From Octopus sinensis (lineage: Eukaryota): 64,000 nucleotides of DNA. Location of the stretch: positions 160,146,001 through 160,210,000 of the forward strand of contig NC_042999.1 in NCBI RefSeq assembly GCF_006345805.1, in the 5' to 3' direction. Under the pieces are notes generated by a model. It was not told the origin of the DNA, ran no database searches, and saw nothing but the letters and a program-made list of their open reading frames with translations. A program made the position numbers and the translations under genes. The stretch's first letter is position 1. Each line of letters starts with the position of its first letter. This document shows, one piece after another, positions 23,286 through 37,466 of the stretch.

Positions 23286-23645
23286 ATAAGGCGCAGGAGT
23301 GGCTGTGTGGTAAGTAGCTTGTTTACCAACCACATGGTTCCGGGTTCAGTCCCACAGCATGGCACCTTGGGCAAGTGTTTTCTACTATAGCCTCGGGCCA
23401 ACCAAAGCCTTGTGAGTGGATTTGGTAGACGGAAACTGAAAGAAGCCCGTCATATATATGTATATATATATGCGTGTGTGTGTTTGTGTGTCTGTGTTTG
23501 TCCCCCTAGCATTGCTTGACAACCGATGCTGGTGTGTTTATGTCCCCGTTACTTAGCTGTTCGGCGAAAGAGACTGATAGAATAAGTACTGGGCTTACAA
23601 AAGAATAAGTCCTGCAGTCAAAAGACGGAAACAAGTAAAAGAGTA
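23286..23645 (+). mobile_element. SINE family A with an internally deleted 3' end
   Basis: Matches the consensus up to AATAAGTCC, then jumps to the tail. Confidence 0.8.
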
Positions 23646-23649
23646 TAAG

Positions 23650-24180
23650 ACCAGTTGACACAAGTTCTTCAGTGTGCTTGACACAATGGTCAGCAGTTCC
23701 CATTCTTCTCTGCTGAATCTTCTCAGTCGCTTTGATTAGATCTTGATAAAGCTGATCGTTAGTTAAACGAGCTCTTTATGTAACATTCAAAGCCGTTCTT
23801 AACGTTCTTGTGTAGCAGCCATCTATTTGTTGCACCTAAAGTTTTGAAAAGATGAAATCATGCTATACTTTGCAAACAAATTGTTGAATGAGAACTTGAA
23901 GCCAAAGTAATTATTAGAGTTGGACCTGCTCCCTATTTCCAAATCAGATCCCAGCTATGCCAAGAACTATTGAGAAATTGCATTATCTTCAATTGTAGCC
24001 AAACTCATCAACAAAAGGATCCTTAACAGCCAAGCACTGATAAACATCTACGACAAAATCAGAACGGATTCCAAACTAGTAGATCCTCTGCAATGCACAT
24101 TCTGACTCTGGGAAGCTTAACTGAGGAGGTTAAAACACACAATAGGAAAACTGTCATCTTATATGTTGGTTAAAACAGAT
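23650..24180. pseudogene. Two oppositely oriented RTE ORF2 relics
   Basis: Minus 23650-23830: QIDGCYTRTLRTALNV...RRMGTADHC. Plus 23890-24180: LLPISK...LSSIVAKLINKRILN. Confidence 0.55.
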
Positions 24181-24235
24181 TTCACATTAATTCTTTTAAC
24201 TTACTAATGTTATATAACTTGGGTGCTGATTACTT

Positions 24236-24274
<39 letters not shown>

Positions 24275-26771
24275 GAGTGGGGAAAGAAAGGCAGACAGAG
24301 ATGACAAGATAGACAGAGAGAAGCTTCCTGCAAACTTTAATTAGGGTGATGGGGTTAGGAGGCTCCTCATAACTCCATTTCACTCATTAGACAATTCCAT
24401 AATTATTTGCTGATGAGTTGGAGAAATAAGTTTAATTTTCTTTTAAATGGCATTGCTCACCTTTTAATTAATTGCTTATTCAAGTAAAACTGTCATGAGA
24501 AATTTTTCTATAAACGTGGTCATCCTGCTTGGAAACAAATGTTAAGCCGTTTTATTATTTTTTTTCTATTGGTTTGGTTCATATGAAGGGACTGTAGTCA
24601 CTGTCTTCACAGGGCTGTCGACAGATGAGTTAGTTTTTGGAAACAGTGGTGATGAGAGACCTGATCTTAGGATGATGGGAAAATCTAGACACAGGATCAA
24701 AGGAATTTGAGATAAGAATTAATGATAAGCTATGCTGCTGACTAATTCAGCCTAACCCATGACAGTATATAAAAATAAACAAAAAGGAGAAAACAGGGTT
24801 TAGTTGAATGAATTGACCCCATTACTAATGTTTCTGAAAGCTTGGTACTAATTCTATCGGTCTCTTTTGCTGAACCAATAAGTTACGGGGATGTAAACAC
24901 ACCAACACTAGTTGATATATATGATGGGCTTCTTTCAGTTTCCATCTACCAAATCCGCTCATAAGGCTTTGTATGGCCTGAAGCTATAGTAGAAGACACT
25001 TAGCCATGGTGCCACATAATGGGACTGAACCCAGAAAATGTGTTTGGGAAGCAAGCTTCTCACCACACAACCATTCCAGTGCCTATAACTGTCTTTTTTT
25101 TGTAAACCTTGAAATTATTTTACTTCACCCATTTTATTTGTTTACACCAGATAAGCCCTGGTCAAGCAGACATTTAGTCAATGGTTTGCAGATGTGACCA
25201 TCCCGTCTTTTTCAACATAGTTTATCACAAACTACATTTTCAAACATGTCCATTCCATTCATTTTCTGTTAGAAGAGCAGAATTTGAAATAAATTTTTGG
25301 CTGCGAGTCAAGTGACCATGTAGAGGCTCCATTGTTGAATCACTTCATATAGGTGTTTTATATGTCTCTGGGCATAAACTGTAATTAAGGCATGGTGGCC
25401 TTTCAAACTTTGTACATATAAGATAGCAGACTTAATGAAACAAAACTGAAACAGCGAAGGGTAAACAAATAGTCATTAATAAATGTATATGATGTATTTC
25501 AAATTATATATTTATTTAGTAAGTTAGTAAAATGCAAGTGACTTATTTTGTATTATGTTTTAATTAGTTAGCTGAAATATAATAATGATATTGGCTAGTA
25601 TAATTATTGCTGATTAATGTTGACTATTAATGATCATTTGTTTATCTTTTTGCCATTTAATATGTATAAAGATCACCCATACCCCAGCTTATCAAGTATT
25701 TTGTTACTAGGTATAAGAAATTATGAGAAGGTTAACTAGATCCAAATTGTGTCATATCTAAGTGGAGATTTGTCTCTTATTTACAGAAAATTGAAATGCA
25801 CATCAACTTCATGAACCTCCAAAGTTTAGGCAAGACCCATAACGTCTCTGAACAACTGCCAAAAATTCTGTGTTTATTTTACTTTATTCCCCAGCCCATT
25901 TATTATAAACACTTTATACTGAGTCATTTGTTTAAACCAGTGCACTTCCATTCAAGTCCCCTGAGGTGCCGCTAACGTTGCCTAATCACGTCAGAGTGTC
26001 AAATATAGAACGCTAATCTATTCTAAACTTGAAGCAATGATTCGATAAAAAAATTAACTTCTTGAAGTTTCAGCAGTGATTCAAATAAAGTAATCAAGAA
26101 ATTAAGATATATTACACCGTTATATATGTTTGTTGTTGTTTAACCACTGGGCTAACCCTTATTGAATAGATTTATCATCAAAGCAATGGTGGAGCAAAAG
26201 TTTGTGTTGCCTGAGGTGGTCCCTGAGTTTGCACCCCCCCCACCCACTAAAAGCACATTATGCATATTACAAGTGGTGGCAATAAATAAATAAATACATA
26301 AAATAAAAAAAAATGTTTTCTTTTAGCTAAGCTAGTGGAGTAAAGGTATTCCAGCCATAACCATTCCATCTGTATTCCATATGCAGAGAACCCATTAATT
26401 CAACGTGTCCCTTTCTAACTATAGGGGCAACTTAAGGGAGATTCAGTTGCTATTTCTAGCCTGTCGAGCAACTGTGTCGAAGCTCTCTCATTGGTCTGAC
26501 CCTAGTAGAGTTACAAAAACTGCAGTCTGTGTTAGTAAAAGTTATAATGGAAGTAAAATCTTAAAATGTAAAATTCAAATATGATTAACAAACCTATTTC
26601 ATTTGATGTCGTTATCTTCTTGGTCTTCTGTTATGATTTCATTCATTTCAAGGTTCCTTTATAAAAATATTAAATTGAGCTTTGTTTTTGACTAGTATTT
26701 TAGAGGTATTTGAACCATAATTTAATTATTTCTCATTTATCTAGAATTTTTGTAACACCATACATATATAT

Positions 26772-26945
26772 ATAGGCGCAGGAGTGGCTGTGTGGTAAGT
26801 AGCTTGCTAACCAACCACATGGTTCCGGGTTCAGTCCCACTGCGTGGCATCTTGGGCAAGTGTCTTCTGCTATAGCCCCGGGCCGACCAATGCCTTGTGA
26901 GTGGATTTGGTAGACGGAAACTGAAAGAAGCCTGTCGGATATATG

Positions 26946-27014
<69 letters not shown>

Positions 27015-27243
27015 ATACGCGTGTGTGTGTGTTTGTGTGTCTGTGTTTGTCCCCCTAGCATTGCTTGACAACCGATGCTGGTGTGTTTATGTCTCTGTTA
27101 CTTAGCGGTTCGGCAAAAGAGACCGATAGAATAAGTACTGGGCTTACAAAAAGAATAAGTCCAGGGGTCGTGTTGCTCGATTAAAGGTGGTGCTCCAGCA
27201 TGGCTGCAGTCAAATGACTGAAACAAGTAAAAGAGTAAAAGAG
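26772..27243 (+). mobile_element. SINE family A with an expanded (TA)n
   Basis: Full-length copy. Confidence 0.9.
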
Positions 27244-27548
27244 AATATACATTAGGCTTATGACTTTTTCACAACCTAATAACCCTATATTGTAATTTGA
27301 TGAATAATTTCATGAAAGTCAGAAAACTAATATTTATTTTGCTTTACTGGCAAAAAATGTCACCCCCACACAAAACTTAAGAAATCTAACACCAGTTTTG
27401 ACCAAATCCTGCAAAATTCTAGTGGGGTCCATAATGCCTGCTCAAATTTTTACCAAACTTGGTGTGCTGATTCAATGCAATGCAGAAATAGTATATCTGA
27501 AACTTCAGCTTTCTAGTTGAAGTAGTTTCAGAGTTATAGGCTCTTTAA

Positions 27549-27769
27549 CCCTTTCGTTACTGTATTTATTTTGAGATGTTATGTGTTTCTTTCAATTACT
27601 TTAAATATAACAAAGAATTTAGTAAAATAACTTAGTTATCATTCAGCTGGTGTTAGGAACATAAATTGTGACTAAGGTTTGGTGGAAGATTTTAATTGAA
27701 ACCTTAAGAAAACAAGACATTTGTACAACAGAGCCAGAGCTGGTTTCAGCCGGGTTGGTAACAAAAGGG
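27549..27769. mobile_element. piggyBac-like MITE, second family
   Basis: TTAA|CCCTTTCGTTAC ... GTAACAAAAGGG|TTAA. Confidence 0.8.
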
Positions 27770-28907
27770 TTAAACTATAATTACTAGATGGCACTGGATT
27801 CACACTTTAGTATTTCTGCTGCCTAAATCCTTGTAAACGCAAGAGAGATGTGGAATAAAAGTGTATTTATACATTTTTAAGATTACTGAACTGATATTGC
27901 TCTATGCAAAGTTTCAAAACTAGACTATTTTAAGAGACCACTAAAAACATTTGATAACATATAAAATTAAAAGCAATACATATTTTAAACTTTATAGGTT
28001 TAATTCCACTTTTAAATCACTGTATAAGAAAAAGGGTGCTGAATGTTACTAAATTTTTAAACATAACAAAGAATTAATTTGTTTTGTTAGATAAAATAAA
28101 CCAAAGCTGAAGTTTCTCCTTCTTTTTATGAACATCATAAATATCTTGAAGGCATTTGATTATCCGTTCTGGACTCTGATTTGTTCTGGGAATTTTCAGA
28201 TTTTATGGTTCTTGACTCCAAAAGTTTTTTTTGCAGAGTTCAATGTTTTTTATGAACTTGCAGGCTACTACATAACTTCTGATAATCATATCCATTGATC
28301 ATTTGGTTAGTAAACCAAAAATCTGCCCAGCTGAGAGATGAATCGACAAACATTGAGAAGCAAAACTCTTTTCTCTGGTAGAAGAATAAATGCCAAAAGA
28401 GCCAGTATTGCTCAAGAATTCCATCTTGCATGACTTAAGTTGGGTATTTTTTGAAATTTTACAGTAAGAAATTTGCCAGTTTCTTCAAAGAAACGAAAAT
28501 TTCTAGTCAAATGAAATAGAAATTTCATGTCATCTTGCCATCCTGCTGATTCAGTAATCTTTTCTTCACCATTGTTGAAATTAGCCTGGAGTTTCTTGTA
28601 ATATTCAATATTGGGAGTTGACTTTTTTTCTTCAAGTTTGTTTTCCATCACAACATGAAGGATATCAAGGATATGTTACTGACAGCCAATAAACTGCAGC
28701 TCTTTCAAACCCTTTTGAGCAAACTGAATGACAATGCTATTTCTTTTCCTAGTGTTCACACTTGTTGTATCAGCAACATCTAAAACAGTTGTTATTCCCT
28801 TCACAACAGTATCAGCTTTTCCTTTTGGTAATTGGAGTGCTTCTGAATTAACTTCTCCCTGTTCATTCTTTAAAACTAGCCCTTGGTGTTCTTGGTCATC
28901 TTGGTCA

Positions 28908-29503
28908 TCAAACACCACGATGTTGACTGGATGTTTGATTTTTATCACTCTCGGTACATGTTCACAGATTGCCATCCAAACATGTTCGTAGAGGAGCTTC
29001 CGGCACGAATGCCAAGCAATACAGCATGTTGTTTCCAAATTTCTGACAGAGTGAATTGCGTCATGGTATTGTTTTTCTCACAGACAGTGTCCAACTGACC
29101 CTACGGTATTGTGTAGTCGACAAAATCAAAAACAAATCATGCGTGAAATTAAAAGTGTAAGTTATGCAAAAATGAAAATAACACAGACATCTAATTTTAA
29201 CAGATATAATTACCAAAATTACATAAAAATATCTTGAAATACTAAAGAGTAAATTTATCCAATAAAATCGCCATTGGCTTCAGCCATAAACTGCAGACGA
29301 CTTTGGAATCTCCTGCAACTCTTCTGGATGGTCTTCTTGTTTAAGTTGGTGAATGCTGCCATAATCCCAACTTCAGTTCAACTTTGGTGTTACAAGGAGT
29401 TTTGTTGGTCTCTTGCTCAGCTGTGCTCCACACATAATAATCAAGGGGGTTGCAGTCTGGGGAGTTAGGTGACCAGATGTTAGGGGTGATGTGGTTGCAG
29501 AAA
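28908..29503 (-). mobile_element. Circularly permuted, TIR-less copy of the maT-like element at 33298-34148
   Basis: 28908-29154 matches 33867-34112; 29158-29503 matches 33328-33667. Confidence 0.8.
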
Positions 29504-29955
29504 ATCTGGATGTTTACCATCAAAATGCAATGACCAGTTTTCCAAATGTAGTGTTTTCATCATTTCCTTTTGTAGTTTAACAGATTCTTTTATAGTCTAT
29601 CTGTAATTATCAAATTGGGAAGGAGTCTCGGCATTGATTCCATCTTGAGATAATTGTCAACAAACTTTCTACTTTTTGGGTTGATGTCTTGGAAGGTATT
29701 ACTAACTTGGTTGCAGTTCCAGTTATGCTAAACTTCCTCCTTGTTTGTGTTGATTCTTGATCTGATTTTTCAAACTCTTGATATTCCCTTTCAGCCTCTG
29801 CTTCAGATGTTAACAGTGATACTGTAGTTGCTCTGGCTGAAGTTGGCATTAAGGACACTTTTCTTCTTTTGGATGGATGGATTGTTTTGGAACTGGCTGC
29901 CTTTCCAGTTGCATACACAAACTGTCCCTTGCTTTCAATTTGAAGATAATATAAC

Positions 29956-30386
29956 TGTAACAGGATCTGGAATCGGTATCACTGGAGGGGTGTCCGATCC
30001 AATCCCATCACATTCAATTTAGTTAGATATAACAGACGAAGTCAGGTTATCTGGGAAAGACAGCAAATGTTGTTTATTACTCGTGAGGATGTAGATCTGG
30101 TGTACGTATTTCTGAGGGGAACCGACAGCCGAATCTGTTGTACTGCTTCTTGTTGGTTGGTCGAAGTGATTCAATGTGGTCCGCTGCTAAGTCGGTGCAT
30201 AGTCCTCAGAGACTGCCAATACACGTCTGTTCATGAGGGCTGCTAGGGCCAGAGAGGCTGAGTGAGTGGACCGTGTTTTAGGGGTCAGTTTCCCGCACAT
30301 GCGCATGGGGAAGACTTCCGGTTGCCACCCGGAAGTAACCCCATTCTACACATGCGCGCTGAACCTTACACAGCAGCATCACTACA
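29956..30386 (-). mobile_element. Solo LTR (431 bp)
   Basis: TAAC|TGTAA...CTACA|TAAC: TG..CA ends with 4-bp TSD. Minus-strand AATAAA near 30075. Removing it restores the hAT frame EDRRL-YYLQIESKG. Confidence 0.85.
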
Positions 30387-31448
30387 TAACCTTCTGTCCT
30401 CACTGTACAGCCATTCACCGTTTTCCTTTGTGATGTCAAAAGTTCCTTTCAATGAATCATATTTTCCTTGTTTTACACATTTATCGTAGGTATTCAGCAC
30501 TTTTTCTACTTTTGCTTGTACATTTTGAATTGATAGATATGAGAAATTTAATTTCTTTTGCCATAAAAAAGTTACTTCTTTCGAAATTTCCTTTGTTTTC
30601 CCTTTCCTTCCTTTGATGGTACCTCCAAGGAACAAGTAGCGACCGACAATTTGAAGTTTTATTGGTATCCTGCAGTTGTTTTCCAAAGAATGCTCTTCCA
30701 GAGGAACAGGTCTTCTTTTCCTATGTGAGTCTTGAAATTCCATGAGATTCTTCGTCCAGATTTTTTTGTTTCTTTGAGTGACACAAGCACTTCTCTTATG
30801 AGACATTATTTTAGATACTCCAGTTGGATAAGCCTACTATTCTGATAAACAGTTAATATAGTCAGAGTTTATAGCATCACAGAAATAAAAAGGAGACGAA
30901 GAGGATATTTCCTAAAGTAGGGCCGAAGTGGTAACAAATTACAAACTCTATAACTCCTAAACTACTTAAACTTGAAAGCTGAAATTGGAGATATACTGCT
31001 TCTGCATCGCATTAAGTCAGCAGACCAAGTTTGGTAAAAACTTCAGTAGGCATTATGAACCCCACTAGAATTTTGCATGATTTGGGGCAAAAAGAAGTTG
31101 GGGTGACGTTTTTTTAAAAAATCGGAAAATAAAGGTTATTTTCCCTACTTATATAAAATTGTTCATTGACTTTTGATACAGGAAATTATTTACTTTCAAA
31201 AAATCTAACCCTAATATACATAAATATTATATATGTGTATACATATAGAGTGGAAAGTTAAGATAAACATCAGTATAAATATTTAGTTTCTACATATGTT
31301 TCGCCATAACAGTTATTTAGAGATTAGCACTGGATGTTCCAAGAGCATTTGGATGCCTAACCACAATGGATCATCAGGGGAACACTATATTGTATTCTGT
31401 TACAGAGTGTTAATATTTATGCTGGTGTTTAGTTTAATTTTCCCCTAC

Positions 31449-32700
31449 ATCATCATCATCGTTCAACGTTCGTTTTCCATGCTGACATGGGTTGGACAGT
31501 TTGACTGAAGCCTTGAAAGCCAGTGGCTCTACAAGGCTCCAATCTGACCTGGCAATGTTTTTACAGCTGGATGCCCTTCTTAACACCAATCACTCCGAGA
31601 GTGTAGTGAGTGCTTTTTACATGCCACTGGCACAGGAGCCAGTCAGGTGGCTCTGGCGTCGATCACGTTTGGATAGTACTTTTTATGTGTCACCGGCATA
31701 GGAGCCAGTCAGGGGACACTAGCATCAGCCACGTTCAGATGGTACATTTTACATGCCACTGGCATGGGAGCCAGTCAAGGGGCACTGGCTACAGCTATGA
31801 TTTTGGCTTTACTTGACTCAACAGGTCTTCTCAAGCATGTCATATCGCCCAATGCATCAAGGGTACTTTTAAATGGGCTGCACATGCAACACTGGTATTG
31901 GCCATGGCTGCATTCTCACTTGGTCTCCTGTCATTGCCTCTGTGAAGCTGAATGTTCAAAAGTCATGCTTCACCACCTCATCCCATGTCTTCCTGGGTCT
32001 ACCTCTTCCACAGTTATAGTGTGGCACTTCCTCACACAGCTGTCCTCATCTATATGTAGCACATGATCATATCAGCACAGTAGCCTCTCTTGCACACCAC
32101 ATTTGATGCTTCTTATGTCCAACATTTCTCTCAGGGCACTCACACTCTGTCATGTATGCACACTGACATTACACATCCAATAGAACATACTAGCTTCATT
32201 TCTCTCAAGCCTATGCATGTCCCCTGCAGTCATGGTCCATGTTTTACTGCTGTGTAGCATGGCAGTTCACACACATGCATCATACGGTCTACCTTTCATC
32301 CTAAGCGAGAGGCCCTTAGTTGCCAGCAGAGGTAGCAGCTCCCTGAACTTTGCCCAGGCTATTCTTATACTAGCTGCTACACCCTCAGAGCAACCACCCC
32401 CATTACAGACTTGATCACCTAGGTAGCAGAAGTGATCAACTACTTCTAGTTTCTCATCCTGGCATGTGATGGAATCTGTTTTCTGAACATCTTCAGTGTT
32501 TATCGCCCATGTGCATCTGCTGCGCACAAGTACTATCTTCCCAGTTAGCCTTCCTTAACATGTTTTGTATATCATGACTAGTAACACTGCTAGGTACAGT
32601 GGTTGACCAACCACTGTACTGGAAGCTGACTGGATAAAAAGCCATGTGTAGCGCTAACTCATATATTGTAGCAGTCATCCATCTAACACTACATGCAAGT
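31449..32700 (-). mobile_element. 5'-truncated RTE LINE whose 3'UTR is the family C repeat
   Basis: LEVVDHFCYLGD..GGGCSEGVAASIRIAWAKFRELLPLL, continuous with the family C tail and (GAT)n. Confidence 0.8.
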
Positions 32701-33297
32701 TATGTGTGTATGACAGGTTTCTTTCTTTTTCCATCAACTAAATGCTCCCAGAGGGCTTTGGGTAGCCTGAGGCAATAGTAGAAAATACTTCTTCAAGGGG
32801 CTGCGCATGCCAGACAGAATCCATGTAACAAAATGAAAAGTAAAAATTTATACATCAGCTAAACACTAAAAGAGATCTCATTACCTGTGCTCATGTTCAG
32901 CAGTTCTGTTTATATTGTTTTCTTCATATGTGAAATAATTGTATCTAATTGTCTAATCAATAATATTGAATCTAATGAATGAATTTAGCATATTTTTGAG
33001 AATGAATTGCTGAAATTGCTATGCAGAATAACTGTAGTGGTTTAATAAGACTGAAACATGTCTAGAGTTATTACCCGTATTTGCCAAGGTAATTAAAATA
33101 ACATTAACTATTGACTAATATTGTTTTGGTTTTCACTGTACTGCTATTTCTAATACTTTTTTTAAAAATGTGTTTACTGTATTAAAAAAAGCAGTACCAA
33201 CTTGACTCTTGCTTCGGGCTGACCAAAGCCTTGTGGGTAGATTTGGTAGACGGAAACTAAAAGAAGCCCATCGTACATACATACTTATATACATATA

Positions 33298-34148
33298 CAG
33301 GGTGCAGTCAATAAATTGTCATCTAAGTTATGCAAAAATGAAAATAACAGACATCTAATTTTAACAGATATAATTACCAAAATTACATAAAAATATCTTG
33401 AAATACTAAAGAGTAAATCTATCCAATAAAATCACCATTGGCTTCAGCCATAAACTGCAGACGACTTTGGAATCTCCTGCAACTCTTCTGGATGGTCTCC
33501 TTGTTTAAGTTGGTGAATGCTGCCATAATCCCAACTTCAGTTCAACTTTGGTGTTACAAGGAGTTTTGTTGGTCTCTTGCTCAGCTGTGCTCCACACATA
33601 ATAATCAAGGGGGTTGCAGTCTGGGGAGTTAGGTGACCAGATGTTAGGGGTGATGTGGTTGCAGAAATTGTCTGACAGCCACGACTGGTTTCTCCTTGTA
33701 GCATGGTGCAGAGTCCTGTTGTCAGACATAGGGTCTTCCAGCAGCCACCCACTTGTCCCAGGGCAGCACTACCTTCTCCAAGCACTTGATGTAGGTCTCC
33801 TTGTAGAGTCTGAAGCCGTGTGGGAAGATAAATGGAGGCATAACCTCCCCATCACTAGTGATCACTCCAAACACCATAATGTTGACTGGATGTCTGATCT
33901 TTATCACTCTCAGTACATGTTCACAGATTGCCATCCAAACATGTTCGTAGAGGAGCTTCCGGCACGAATGCGAAGCAATACAGCATTTCGTTTCCAAATT
34001 TCTGAAAGAGTGAATTGCGTCATGGTATTGTTTTTCTCACAGACGGTGCCCAACTGACCCTACGGTATTGTGTAATCAACAAAATCAAAAACAAATCATG
34101 CGCGAAATTAAAAATATAAAATGGCGACAATTTAGCCAATGCACCCTG
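33298..34148 (-). mobile_element. Internally deleted mariner-superfamily element (maT/DD37D-like)
   Basis: TA|CAGGGTGCA...TGCACCCTG|TA. Residual VMVFGVITSDG, QQDSAPC and WSPNSPDCNPLDYYVW. Confidence 0.85.
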
Positions 34149-34149
34149 T

Positions 34150-34185
34150 ATATAATGTATGTATGTATGCATGTATGTATGTATA

Positions 34186-34221
<36 letters not shown>

Positions 34222-34279
34222 TGTATGTATGTATGTATGTATGTATGTATGTATGTATGTGTATGCATGTATGTATGTA

Positions 34280-34315
<36 letters not shown>

Positions 34316-34345
34316 TGTATGTATGTGTATGCATGTATGTTTGTA

Positions 34346-34381
<36 letters not shown>

Positions 34382-34390
34382 TATATGTTT
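34150..34390. repeat. (ATGT)n compound microsatellite
   Basis: Seen directly. Confidence 0.95.
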
Positions 34391-35104
34391 ATGTGTGTCA
34401 TTGCGTTTGTGCTACAAACACAATGTCCCCCACCACACCGCTTAACAACCGTTGTGAGTTTGTTTACATCTCCGTATCAAGCAATTCGGTAAAAGAGACC
34501 AACCAAGAGAATAAACAGCAGACTTAAAAGTTTTTTTACTGGAGTCAATTTTGCTTGACTAAACACTCCAAGGCGGTGATGCCCTCAGCATGCTCGCATT
34601 TCCCAGTCACCGAAACAAAGTTGAGATAAAAGACAACCACTTTGACAGCTTATTTTATTTAGCGTTCAGTGAATTTGATAGCAGAAACATCCACAGTTTG
34701 AACCTACGCTAATTCTCTCCTTGAAACAATATCTAACTAAATACTATTGAAATGAGTGGGAAGGAAATGGCATTTCCAGTTTGTCACGATCCTGCAAGTT
34801 GTCCATTCACGTGATTTGAGTTAGCTCATTCACTTCTTGAAAAATATGAAAGTGAATCATATGATGATATGTAATCAGGATGTATAAAAAAAAGAAAAGA
34901 GAAAATAAAAGCAAATGAAAGAGGAAGGAAAAAGAAAGAAATAGAGAAATAAGAATTTTGAACTGAGTAGGAAAAGTTAATTTAATGAAAATATAAACAG
35001 TTGAACGTTTGAAAATATAATTTACTGTCTGCTTTGACATAAATTTGTGAACGTGTGTGTGTGTAAAAATTAATGACGAGAGAAGGAATTGTAAAAAAAT
35101 TGCT

Positions 35105-35545
<441 letters not shown>

Positions 35546-36105
35546 AACGCGCATGTGTACATGTGTGTATTCAAAATTAACTGGAGTAAAGGAAGTACGT
35601 TCCCTTGGTACTTGTACCCCGACCGATGCCCGGTGGTCCAGAAATATTCGAAAAATCTGGAACATCTGTGCAGCAGCAATCTTCTAAATTTTCATGTTCC
35701 TATTGGAACGTTGTCCAACATGTAATGAAGTTCGTTGCTAGTGTAGGCCAGGGATGGGTGACAAGGAAAAAAAAAAAAAAACCCAGCAGTTACAAAACTC
35801 TAGTTTCTTTCAAAGCAGAGAACCGCCTTCACATATAAATCACAATAACAACAGCAGTCCCTCCTGCAAATGACGTATTTTGTATTCGAGTTGAAACATT
35901 TTTTCGTTTTTTTTTTTTGGGCTGCCTTCTGTCACCATCTTGTTCGTAATTGGCTAGAAATAAGGTCGGGCAATAGTAGCGGAGAGAGCGATTACAAGTT
36001 CTTATTTCTTTGTTAATTACTTCCATATGAGTTTAAAAAACACTTCACTAATAACGTAGTTTCCTTTTAGTTGGGATAATCCGACAACTGCTTTCTGAGA
36101 ACAAG

Positions 36106-36107
<2 letters not shown>

Positions 36108-36167
<60 letters not shown>

Positions 36168-36247
36168 TGCATTAATAGTGCATTTATATGTATAAATAGT
36201 ACACTAATATGGATATTGAGTATATATGAATATATTTATGGTACATT

Positions 36248-36278
<31 letters not shown>

Positions 36279-36303
36279 ATGTATGTATGTATGTATGTAT
36301 GTA

Positions 36304-36334
<31 letters not shown>

Positions 36335-36730
36335 ATGTGTGTGTGTATGTGTGTGTGTATGTATGTATGTATGTATATATGTGTGTATGTGTGTGTATGT
36401 ATGTATGTATGTGTGTATGTGTGTGTATATGTGTATGTATGTATGTATGTATGTGTGTGTACGTATGTATGTATGCATGTATGTATGCATGTATGTATAT
36501 CTGTATGTACGCATGTATGTATGTATGTGTATATGTGTGTGTATATATGTATGTATGTTTGTATGTATGTATATATGTATGTATGTATGTGTGTATGTAT
36601 GTGTGTATCTGTGTATGTATGTATGTATGTATGTATGTGTATATGTGTGTGTATGTATGTATGTATGTATGTATGTATGTATGTATGTATGTTTGTGTGT
36701 ATGTATGTATGTATGTATGTATGTATGTAT
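36108..36730. repeat. (TG)n and mixed (TATG)/(TG) microsatellite
   Basis: Seen directly. Confidence 0.95.
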
Positions 36731-37042
36731 AAATATTATACACGAAGGGAAAGACACTAAGTGGTTTTCCAACACGCTAGAAATAGGACTTAAATTCCAA
36801 ACCACGAAAAAGCTATTCTTATTTTAGCCTGTTGAATGTAGGCGGACAGGACAGTTTAAGAGAATTAAAAAAAGATTAGTCATTCCCGTACTTCGAAGTT
36901 TCACTCTTAACAATTATATACATTAATTAATTAATTAATCAATGCGTTAAACCGTCTATGGCTCATCTGTGAGAATTGCTTTGGACATATATTGCTCGAA
37001 TACACACCGCATATTGGGTTTATATCTTTATATATATATATA

Positions 37043-37437
37043 CTAGCAGTATCGCCCGGCGTTGCTCGGGTTTGTAAGGGAAATAACTATATAAGCATTT
37101 TTAGAGATGTAAAGTATAATAGCCATCTCAATATGGCTAACCACAAAGGGGGGGGTGTTACTGTAGCTTTTTACGTTCTGAGATCTAATAATAAATTTTT
37201 AGAGAGTTACTTCCCTTATATAATAGCAAAAAAATGCATTAAAAATGGGAAAAAATGATGGTAAATTTTTTTAAATCGTAGACTCATCGTAGACGTGCGC
37301 TAATACCCAGAAGGGCTCGATATGAATCACGACTATAAGATACCCGCTTTTGGTTACACTGCACCGCAAAATGTGGGAGTAGTTAGGAATCTAAATCGTA
37401 GGAGACAGACACACAACTTCACTTTTATATATAAAGA
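37043..37437 (-). mobile_element. Helitron H1
   Basis: Same termini as 19546-19943. Confidence 0.8.
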
Positions 37438-37466
37438 TATCTTTATATATCTTTATATATGTATGT

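Larger units (their letters stand above)
27340..31147 (-). mobile_element. Decayed hAT-superfamily (hATm-like) DNA transposon with three nested insertions
   Basis: Minus-strand pieces KEV..LWQKKLNF, FDI...WL..EDRRL, WSLHFDGK, DTTSVNT, FIGCQ(H), HARWNSRAILAL. Subterminal inverted repeats at ~27350-27540 and ~30950-31120. Right end TAGGG; left terminus not resolved. Confidence 0.65.

Noticed and set aside
32885-32945. Minus-strand 60-nt exon candidate with CAG|GTAATG donor
   Set aside because: Weak acceptor, no recognisable protein similarity and no partner exons.
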